64,000 nt of DNA from positions 702,361 through 766,360 of the forward strand of contig JBFWOS010000001.1 of the NCBI GenBank assembly GCA_050250375.1. The letters run 5' to 3'. This document shows, one piece after another, positions 17,664-26,300 of this stretch. The position numbers and the translations under genes are program-made. Position 1 is the stretch's first letter. Each line of letters starts with the position of its first letter. Under the pieces are notes generated by a model, which saw nothing but the letters and a program-made list of their open reading frames with translations, searched no databases and was not told the origin of the DNA. This DNA comes from Candidatus Omnitrophota bacterium (GTDB lineage: Bacteria > Omnitrophota > Gorgyraeia > Zapsychrales > Zapsychraceae).

Positions 17664-18592
17664 GTCGAAACCTCGTTTTTGTACCAATCGATTGTCTTTT
17701 GAATTCCAACGTTTAGATCTTCTTTAACCTTCAGCCCCAATTTGTTCATCCTGCCCGTATCCAACAGCTTCTGCATAACCCCATCCGGCATCGAACGGTC
17801 ATATGTAATCTGGCCTTTAAACCCGGTCAATCGGGCGATCAGCTGCGCCAACTCTTCAATGGTGATATCCTTCCCTGTCCCGATATTGACCACATCCTCA
17901 CCCGCATCATTTTTCAGCATAAACAGGGCCGCTTCGATAAAATCATCGACAAAAAGAAATTCCCGTCTCGCCTTCCCGGAACCGCCGACACTGACTTCCG
18001 GGCGGTTATTCCGGACCGCGTCGACAAATTTGTGGATCAACGCGCCCATGACATGCGCGGTCTTTAAATCCGTATCCGATCCCGGCCCGTACACCGTCGC
18101 GGGGATCATCACCGCCGTGTTCAGCCCGTACTGTTTCCGGAAACTGCGGGCGAGAGAAATACCGGCGATCTTCGCGATGGAATACGGCTCACTGGTCTTT
18201 TCCAGCGGGCCGGTCAGGATGGCGTCTTCGTTCATCGGCTGCGGGCATTCCCCGGGATAAACGCATGAACTGGCCAGATAGAGAATCTTTTTGGCTTTAA
18301 ACTTATTCGCCGCGTAAAAAATATTGCATTCGCTTTGAAGATTATGATAAATAAAGTCCGCAGGAGATTGTTCGTTCGCGGTGATCCCGCCCGACCGGGT
18401 CGATCCCAAAACCACATAGTCTGGACGGTGGGTCTGAAAAAAATCGTAAACCGATGCCTGGATGGCGGCGTTAAGCGCCAGGGCTGAAACGCTGAAGACG
18501 GATGGAAACCCCTGCGCGGTGAAATATCGGCAGAGCGCTTGTTCGATTATATCATTGTGCCCGACCAGTAATATCTTCGATGATTTGTCCAT
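17660..18592 (-). CDS. GDP-L-fucose synthase (Fcl/WcaG/ColC) homologue with a degenerate dinucleotide-binding motif
   Basis: Collinear with E. coli Fcl (PADFIYHNL, LASSCVYP, EPYSIAKIAG, NIGTGKDITIEELAQ, MPDGVMQKLLD). Catalytic S/C/Y/K/H are retained, but GxxGxxG reads GHNDIIE. Confidence 0.8.
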   Translation of the reverse strand: MDKSSKILLVGHNDIIEQALCRYFTAQGFPSVFSVSALALNAAIQASVYDFFQTHRPDYVVLGSTRSGGITANEQSPADFIYHNLQSECNIFYAANKFKAKKILYLASSCVYPGECPQPMNEDAILTGPLEKTSEPYSIAKIAGISLARSFRKQYGLNTAVMIPATVYGPGSDTDLKTAHVMGALIHKFVDAVRNNRPEVSVGGSGKARREFLFVDDFIEAALFMLKNDAGEDVVNIGTGKDITIEELAQLIARLTGFKGQITYDRSMPDGVMQKLLDTGRMNKLGLKVKEDLNVGIQKTIDWYKNEVST

Positions 18593-19131
18593 TATTTCCG
18601 GTTGTAATAATTCCCGTGTTCAATCAGCAGTGTCGGGCGGTTGTCTTTTCGTTCAAGGGCCTCTTTGTACGCCGGAAAAATATCTTCCGGTTCCTCAAGC
18701 TCAACTACATGGACCGTGGTCAGGAGCCGCCGGAAGGCCTCGGCATAATTCCCGACGTGCTGATGGCCGGGGTTGACCGGTTCATCCGGGCCGGTGGCCA
18801 CACGGATAATCACTCTGGGGACAAGCCGGTCCCCGCTGATCGCGGGTATTTTATCGAGCATGTTGGCCATATCACCCGTGGCCAGCAGTAAAAAATTCTG
18901 ACGCGGATAAACACTGATCGGAATATATCCGGCCAGCGCCATGCCGATGGTAAACTGCATCTGGAAACTCTCGTTGATCGGCATCTCAAGCGTCTTTTCC
19001 CGGGGCACATCCCGCAGGGTCTGGAACATAAACGTACCGGGTCCGGCGACCGTCTGCCCGACAAACATCGTATTCGGCTGCTGCGCCAGCCACTCCATGG
19101 TCCTTTTTAGTTCATCAAAATATTTCATCAA
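18592..19131 (-). CDS. TPP-enzyme Pyr-domain subunit (2-oxoacid dehydrogenase E1-beta / transketolase central domain-like), short form without the C-terminal E2-binding domain
   Basis: FVGQTVAGPGTFMFQTL...PINESFQMQFTIGMALAGYIPI resembles the E1beta N-domain. Only 179 aa. Confidence 0.6.
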   Translation of the reverse strand: MMKYFDELKRTMEWLAQQPNTMFVGQTVAGPGTFMFQTLRDVPREKTLEMPINESFQMQFTIGMALAGYIPISVYPRQNFLLLATGDMANMLDKIPAISGDRLVPRVIIRVATGPDEPVNPGHQHVGNYAEAFRRLLTTVHVVELEEPEDIFPAYKEALERKDNRPTLLIEHGNYYNRK

Positions 19132-19141
19132 TCAAATCCGT

Positions 19142-19756
19142 TTAAAATTTTATTTTCCAGCCCAGCCCGGAATGGGGGTATTCATTCTTGTATTGAAAAT
19201 AAATGATTTTCTTTTCGTATTTAGTCCCTTTAAACCACGGGTCAGGGCTTCCCCAGACTTCGCGGGTATCGGTCATGACGCTCAGACCGTTATCGCCGAC
19301 AATAAATTTGACAGGCAGATCAAAATTGACCGCGTATTTCACCGCTTCGTGAAAGATCCCTGTTTCCGCCGACATGTCCCCGCAAAAAAGAAAGGCACGT
19401 CCATTTTTCTTCTGGTTTTTCAGGCTCCAGGCCGTGCCCACGGCCGTGCCCATCAGGCTGCCGACAATCCCTGAACACAGGACTTTGTGTTCCGGAAAAC
19501 ACAGCGCGATGCTGTTCCCCTGAAGGATCGATTCTTTCAACGCATCCCGGGGAACACCTTTCAACAGGGCCAGTTCATGCGAGTCCCAGAACCCGAACAC
19601 AAAATCATCCGGCCCGATATTTTCTTCCCGGAAAATCCGGATCAGGGCATCTTCCCGCCCCGCCCTCAGATGGACCGGAGCGCGGATAACGCCCTGGGCG
19701 AAGATTTCAGCAATTTCCTTTTCGAAACTGATCAGATCGTCTTTAGTAATATTCAT
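19142..19756 (-). CDS. TPP-binding PP-domain subunit (E1-alpha / transketolase N-terminal-like), short form
   Basis: TPP motif GDMSAETGIFHEAVKYAVNFDLPVKFIVGDNG (GDG-x26-NN pattern). 204 aa. Confidence 0.65.
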   Translation of the reverse strand: MNITKDDLISFEKEIAEIFAQGVIRAPVHLRAGREDALIRIFREENIGPDDFVFGFWDSHELALLKGVPRDALKESILQGNSIALCFPEHKVLCSGIVGSLMGTAVGTAWSLKNQKKNGRAFLFCGDMSAETGIFHEAVKYAVNFDLPVKFIVGDNGLSVMTDTREVWGSPDPWFKGTKYEKKIIYFQYKNEYPHSGLGWKIKF

Positions 19757-19759
19757 TTG

Positions 19760-19918
19760 TTAAAAAATCGTGTAAATAAAAGGAGTCACCGCCGAAGTCT
19801 GAGCAAAAATGATCAGCAGACTTAAGATCACCAGAATAATGATGATCGGCGCGAGCCAATATCTTTTTCTGACCTTAAGAAACTCCCAGAATTCTTTTAA
19901 GATTGTAATTTTTGCCAT
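19760..19918 (-). CDS. SxtK-like small membrane protein (DUF5989-type), 52 aa
   Basis: MAKITILKEFWEFLKVRKRYWLAPIIIILVILSLLIIFAQ... is a single TM helix. Not in the ORF track because it is too short. Confidence 0.5.
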   Translation of the reverse strand: MAKITILKEFWEFLKVRKRYWLAPIIIILVILSLLIIFAQTSAVTPFIYTIF

Positions 19919-19920
19919 AA

Positions 19921-20466
19921 TTAAAATTGTTTGGTGTAGTGTTCCTGTTTAAACTCTTTAATTTCACGTTTGATCCAATAAGAATCCGCTTTCGGATCAA
20001 GCGCCCTGGTCAGATAATCCTTTTTCGCCATTTTTAAAAATAAGGCCACCGGTGTAAAAACCAGATAATACATCAATCCCAAAATGACGGCCGTTAAAAC
20101 ATGGCTGATCGCGTGCCCGCCCTTCATCCATACTTTGTAAACAGGCGCCAGCTGATCGACGTTAAGGATTGTCGTTATCAAAAATGCCGCGGCTATACAG
20201 AAAAACAACATCGGGAGCGGCGTCGGGTGGGACTGAAAAATCCGGAAAGCCGTAAATATCAAAACAAGGAATATCCAGGCATTTGCCTTCGGGGTCAGCT
20301 CGGAAGTCTTCGTCGTTACCCACAACACACCGGAAAAACCGGCCAGCAGGATCAGCACGGACACCGCACTAAAGCCAAGTTTATAGCTGTGAAAGCAGAT
20401 CAGGTACGGGATAATCAAGGACATCCCGTAACCATACACATATAAATCTTTTTTTTCTTTTTCCAT
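19921..20466 (-). CDS. SxtJ-like membrane protein
   Basis: Four predicted TM helices. Start chosen at MEKEKKDLYV, 1 nt after the carbamoyltransferase stop; the track extension overlaps the upstream gene by 146 nt. Confidence 0.55.
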   Translation of the reverse strand: MEKEKKDLYVYGYGMSLIIPYLICFHSYKLGFSAVSVLILLAGFSGVLWVTTKTSELTPKANAWIFLVLIFTAFRIFQSHPTPLPMLFFCIAAAFLITTILNVDQLAPVYKVWMKGGHAISHVLTAVILGLMYYLVFTPVALFLKMAKKDYLTRALDPKADSYWIKREIKEFKQEHYTKQF

Positions 20467-20467
20467 C

Positions 20468-22285
20468 TTAATCCAGAACCAGCGACATATTTTCTTTCTT
20501 ATACTTGTCCGACTTGGGCTGAAGGTTTTTATCCAGGATATAATTCTCAAGGACCAGGTAATCCATATCGGTGCACATAAAACACCGGTAGGCATCCTGG
20601 GGACTGCACACAATCGGCTCTCCCCTGATGTTGAACGATGTATTGATGATGACCGGGCATCCCGTCAGTTTGTCGAATTCCTTAATGATCTTGTAATACA
20701 ACGGATTGTCCGTTTCGTCAACCGTTTGTATCCGGGCCGAATAGTCAACGTGTGTCACCGCCGGAATGACGGAACGGCAGATTTTCAGTTTATCGATCCC
20801 GCTGGCCGACACTTTCTTCGATTCCGCGTTAATTTTCTTTTCGTTAACGTCCGCCACCATCAGCATGTATGGGCTGACCGTCGTATAATCAAAATACTCG
20901 GACACTTTTTCCTTAAGCACACTCGGAGCAAACGGGCGGAAGGATTCCCGGAACTTGATTTTCAAATTGATGATGGACTGCATCTTCTCGGAACGGGCAT
21001 CCCCGATAATGCTCCTGGCGCCCAGCGCTCGCGGGCCGAATTCCATCTTTCCGACGACCAGGCCGATCACCTTCTGATCATTGATCAAATGGGCGACCTT
21101 CAACGGCAGTTCGTCCGGATTGATACGGGTAAACGGCAGATTCTCCTGGCGTAAAAATTTTTCAATCTCTTCATTGTCGAAACGCGGCCCCAGATACGAT
21201 CCCCTTTGCAAATCATTGATCCCGTCCACGTCCCGCTTATTTTGTAAATATTGATACCAGATGAATGACGCCACCCCCAGGGCCCCTCCGGCATCACCGG
21301 CCGCCGGCTGGATCCAGATATTTTTGAACGGACCTTTTTTTAAAATCTTCCCGTTCCCGACACAGTTAAGAGCAACACCGCCGGCCAGACACAAATTGTC
21401 GGCCTTTGTCTGGGCATAAACATAGTTCGCCATCTTCAGCATAATTTCTTCCGTGACTTCCTGGATGGAACGGGCCAAATCCATGTGGTGCTGTTTCAAT
21501 TCCGATTCCGGGTCGCGGCGGGGATGGCCGAACAATTGGTGGAATTTTGAATTCGTCATCGTCAACCCGACGCAATAGTTGAAATAATCCATGTTCAGCC
21601 GGAACGATCCGTCATCTTTAATGTCGATCAGATTCTGCCTGATTAAATCTGTATACTTCGGCTCACCGTATGGAGCCAGCCCCATCACCTTGTATTCACC
21701 CGAATTCACCCGGAATCCCAGATAATACGTGAACGCTGAATAGAGCAGTCCCAAAGAATGGGGAAAATTAATTTCACCCAGAAGCTTGACGCCGTTGTCT
21801 TCACCCACTCCGTAACTGGTCGTGGCCCATTCACCGACGCCGTCCATCGTCAGGATCGCCGCTTTTTTAAAGGGCGACGGAAAAAACGCCGAAGCGGCGT
21901 GCGATTCGTGATGTTCGGTAAAAATGATCTCCCCGTCATAATTCAATTCACGAAGGAGAAGATCTTTGAGGAAGATTTTTTCTTTCAGCCAGACCGGCAT
22001 GGCCTTCAAAAAGGATTGGATGCCCAAAGGAGCGTAACTCAGGTAGGTCAATAGCAGCCGTTCAAATTTCAAAAAGGGTTTATCATAAAACCCCACGTAA
22101 TCCACCTCATCAATCGATATGTTCCCTTCCTTCAGACAAAATTCAACGGCGTTTTTGGGAAACGATTCATCGTGTTTCTTGCGGGTAAACCGCTCCTCCT
22201 GGGCCGCGGCGATGATTTCCCCGTCCCTGATCAAACAGGCCGCGCTGTCATGGTAAAATGCGGAAATTCCTAAAATATTAACCAT
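20468..22285 (-). CDS. NodU/CmcH-family O-carbamoyltransferase
   Basis: MVNILGISAFYHDSAACLIRDGEIIAAAQEERFTRKKHD and HHESHAASAFF motifs. 605 aa. Confidence 0.85.
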   Translation of the reverse strand: MVNILGISAFYHDSAACLIRDGEIIAAAQEERFTRKKHDESFPKNAVEFCLKEGNISIDEVDYVGFYDKPFLKFERLLLTYLSYAPLGIQSFLKAMPVWLKEKIFLKDLLLRELNYDGEIIFTEHHESHAASAFFPSPFKKAAILTMDGVGEWATTSYGVGEDNGVKLLGEINFPHSLGLLYSAFTYYLGFRVNSGEYKVMGLAPYGEPKYTDLIRQNLIDIKDDGSFRLNMDYFNYCVGLTMTNSKFHQLFGHPRRDPESELKQHHMDLARSIQEVTEEIMLKMANYVYAQTKADNLCLAGGVALNCVGNGKILKKGPFKNIWIQPAAGDAGGALGVASFIWYQYLQNKRDVDGINDLQRGSYLGPRFDNEEIEKFLRQENLPFTRINPDELPLKVAHLINDQKVIGLVVGKMEFGPRALGARSIIGDARSEKMQSIINLKIKFRESFRPFAPSVLKEKVSEYFDYTTVSPYMLMVADVNEKKINAESKKVSASGIDKLKICRSVIPAVTHVDYSARIQTVDETDNPLYYKIIKEFDKLTGCPVIINTSFNIRGEPIVCSPQDAYRCFMCTDMDYLVLENYILDKNLQPKSDKYKKENMSLVLD

Positions 22286-22413
22286 AGATCCTTTAAATAT
22301 TTGATTATTTCTTCATATAAAAGTGTACACTTCTTCGGGAGATACGCCATCCTAATATATACCTCCCTCACAACCAATATCGAACTTTAATGCACAGTGC
22401 GAAACGTTGAAGT

Positions 22414-23268
22414 TTACTTCAGAACTATATCCAACATTTTAATATATTTAGGATTTAAAGGCGTGCCATCATTCTTAATTGATTGTGAAATATAAAGAAG
22501 CGCCTCTGCCTGTCCATACTTGTTTTCAGTCCGAGTTACCAAGTAAAGAGCAGTATCGAAATCTTGCTGATCACTGTAATATTTAATCATAGGAAGGGTT
22601 GTATCGCTCCAGAAAGAAGTATCTTGTGATAACATTACGACATCAGTAGCCTTTTTATACTCTTTCAGCCCACTGTATGCCCCCGCAATACCAAGTAAAT
22701 GGCCATTCGCGTAATTTCCTGTTTTAAATTCTTCAATCGCTATGCCAACTAATTCAAGAGCCATTTTATAATCACCGGTTTTTTCATACAAGGCGTGTGC
22801 AGTATTAGCTAAAGCGTACGGGTCTTTTTGAGAAGCCGTAACGGCTTCCTCGTATTTCCCACTTTTTACCAATAACTGCACCGTATCCCATTTTTTCTGA
22901 TAACTCGGTATAGATGTTACTAAATAGCTGGTACCCGTGGTATCCTTTTTATATCTAGCATAAAGTTCCATTAGCTTTTTATGTTTATCGTCAATTCCCA
23001 AATTTTTATACTCGTCCGCAATATTTTTTAATATAGATAACTTTTCTGGCACAAAGCTATAATCTGAATGCAATATCCAAAAAGAATAATTCAATAGCGT
23101 CGCTTTCGCATTCTCTCCTTCTATTGATTTAATAATCATACCGTTAACCGGCTTTGCGGATAGATTTGGTCTAACGTTCTTAATCGAGCGTCCCTCAAGA
23201 AAGACTAATGCGCAGTAAACCAAGAAGGCTCCCACAATAAACAAAAATAAAACAGCTAATTTCTTCAT
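22414..23268 (-). CDS. Hypothetical membrane-anchored protein with TPR-like helical repeats
   Basis: N-terminal TM helix. AT-rich gene. Confidence 0.45.
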   Translation of the reverse strand: MKKLAVLFLFIVGAFLVYCALVFLEGRSIKNVRPNLSAKPVNGMIIKSIEGENAKATLLNYSFWILHSDYSFVPEKLSILKNIADEYKNLGIDDKHKKLMELYARYKKDTTGTSYLVTSIPSYQKKWDTVQLLVKSGKYEEAVTASQKDPYALANTAHALYEKTGDYKMALELVGIAIEEFKTGNYANGHLLGIAGAYSGLKEYKKATDVVMLSQDTSFWSDTTLPMIKYYSDQQDFDTALYLVTRTENKYGQAEALLYISQSIKNDGTPLNPKYIKMLDIVLK

Positions 23269-23359
23269 TTTTCACCTTTTGTTTTCGATGTCTTTGTCTC
23301 AAGTTAAACACTTAACCCACCATAGCCAACAACTCCGCCAGTTGTTAATTGCCAAACTT

Positions 23360-26300
23360 CTACAAACAATTTCCAGATTCACTGCCTGCATTGATAGTAG
23401 CTGATCCACTGATACTACAATCTCCAACAGTGGCCGCTTGCATATGAAAATTATTTGTTACAGTAACTTCTGAAGCTGCACTTAAGATGGCGTCGTCACC
23501 ACCAATCATATCAAATGAATCCGCGGTAATCTCTGCTCCCAAATTTATTTTGACGTCACTTGTTGACGTTGACCCCGTTGAGATCATTGAAGCACCCTCA
23601 GTAACTGTGACTTCGGATTCTGTACCAATCTCCACCTGTCTGTCGGCGCTCATTTCGAGGCTGGCAGCGGTAATCGCCGAGCTAATGCCAATCAATGCCT
23701 TACTGTTTGAACTCGTTCCCGTTGAAATGATCTCAAGTTCATCGTCAACATCCAAAATCATACCTGGACCTGTAGAGGCCTCTTGATTTGCTTCAAGTCG
23801 AACACTACCCGCATGAATTGTTGAAGTCTGCCCCATATGGGCTTTATTAGTGGAAGAGGTGCCCAGCGATTTAATGAGAAGCGGCCCGTCAACGTCGACT
23901 TGGGCGTTGCTGTAGATTTGTGCTATCTTGTATGCTTGCAAGGTCAATTCCGTGGCATTAATCGTTGAATTTGAACCCAGCTCTGTATCCCCGGTTTCTG
24001 AAACTAACGTCACGAATGTCCCGTTGATTGTCATTCCGTTCGAATTTGCGACCCCGGTTCGCCCATCAATGCAAATCCTTTCACCTGTGAGAACTTTTCC
24101 GGTTGCTATGGTTACCTTACAGGGAGAATGAATGTCAATGTTATCCATCGTGACATTGTAGTTAATTGTTAAATTTCTGTAATAAGTTCCCGTATAATCA
24201 TAATCAACAAGATAGTCTTCCAACTGTGAATCATTTGTAACGGTCGTTGTTGATGAACAGGTAACGCCAACCAGGTAGTCAGTTTTTATAGTACATGGCT
24301 CTTGCATAGGGTCGTTAATTGTGATCGTCAAATCCGGTGATCCTGGTGCATCTTCCCTATTTCCAACTTGGTCGGTTGCTATAGTATAAAACGAATATGT
24401 AGAACCGTTTACACCGACGAAGGACGTGAACGTTCCCGTGGTGGTTAAGGTTTCAGCATACGGACCTGAGTTTTCAGATACATAGATGGTGTATTCTTTT
24501 ATCCCCGAATGCGCGTCACTTCCTGACCACGAAATGTCAAAACTGGTCAAAGTGCCCGTTGATGCCATACTGTTCATGGAACTGGACGGTTTTGTATCAT
24601 CAATGGTGTTCAGCCAGGTATTGGTGGTGATTGGACTATTAGTGTCAAAAACTATGCTCGCACTATTGATTATTTCATCATTTGTTTCTACTGAATCTTT
24701 CGCCCGCACGGAAAATGTCACAAACCCATCGCCTTCGGGAGGATTATCATTAGGCGGTAAGAATCCAGCATTCGGATCATCCGTAAACATATGTGACTCC
24801 GGATCAAGAGAAATAAATTTCCACACGACGTCACCGGAAGCTGTGTTTAATGCAACCTCTATCCTCAAGATTAAGTCATTGTCAGGTCGCAAATCTACCT
24901 CGGTTATAAACTCTTGAATTCCGCTAGGCAGATTGATTATTTTTTCCGCAACTCCAATAGGTCCTAATTCAAAAGTACTTAAATCCAGAACCGTTGTATC
25001 TAGTTGGTCCGAAACGATAACTTCCTGCGCGGGTGCGCTTGCCGATTCGATATTCTCAAAATAAATTATATATTGCAAAGGCTGTCGTTTAGCAATATAT
25101 TTTTCTGAACCAAAACCCTGCGGACCAACAATAGCGTTAGGGTCTCGTGAAGTCACAAGAAAAATTATTTTCGCTAACTTATTTGCACCCCACCAAAAAT
25201 CCCAAGCTGTACTAACAACTCCTGAAGTGAGTTCCCATGTCACAATAGCTTTATCTATTAGCTGATTAAGTTCAGTCCATTTCAATACTTCATTAAACCC
25301 ACAGGTCGCTTTGCCCAGAGTCTGACCACAAAGTGATATCCACGGTTGTTCCCTTTGTTCCACAACACCATTGACCAATTTTCCATACGTTAGCAAAGAA
25401 TAAAATCCCAAACAAGATGTGTCGTATGGCGTTTCGATAGAACATCCCGTACCATTTGAGCTCCATTCACAAAATGTAACATTCGCCATAAGCACGGGTA
25501 AATTTTCTCTAATCCTGGAAACTAATGCAGGCATTTCTCCTGGTCTAATAGGTCTCAGGCCATATAAATGTTCTATTTGTATAGTTTTCGTTCCACCTCC
25601 GGGTAAATCAATCGTAACTTCTCCATCCTTGATGTCATTAAAAGGTATCTCAACAGGTCCCACCCCTCTTAGATTTAGGTATGTTTTATCATCCAATCGT
25701 GTTCCAATATAACCTTCCCCTTCAGGTTTTATGCTGGAGAACTCAGAATCATATATATTAAACCAGTCCAGAATACCATCCGGGGCATCTTCATTCGCCT
25801 TGTACCTCTGATTGGCATATTTTAGAGTTGTTGAAGGATTATTTGTTGCAGTTAGCGAGTCAGGCAATGGAAGTGTATTGTTTGTTGGTTCAAAATGTGT
25901 GACATTGTCACCAAAGCCAAAATCAATCACAGTACTACCAAAATTAAGACTGATGTTTCCAGAAGATAACGACGATTTTATTCTAATGGGAAAACTACGA
26001 GATGAATGAACCGGCAAATTTGCAACTATAAAACCTGCAACTGTGTCTTCAGCCAAATTCTTAAATGAGTCTGAGAATTCTGGGATCAGATAATCGACCT
26101 CATCAGGTATACCAACAAATAATTCCGCTGAAGTAATATCATTGTTTCCAATATTTCCATATGTAACCAAATAAGTTTGCTCTCTGTCGGGACGCATGTC
26201 TGTTCTACCAATAATATCCATCCACAGCCCACTTGGTGCTCCATCTTCAACGGTAAAAGCATTTTCACTTGTTATGGTATTTCCGGAATTTATTATCACA

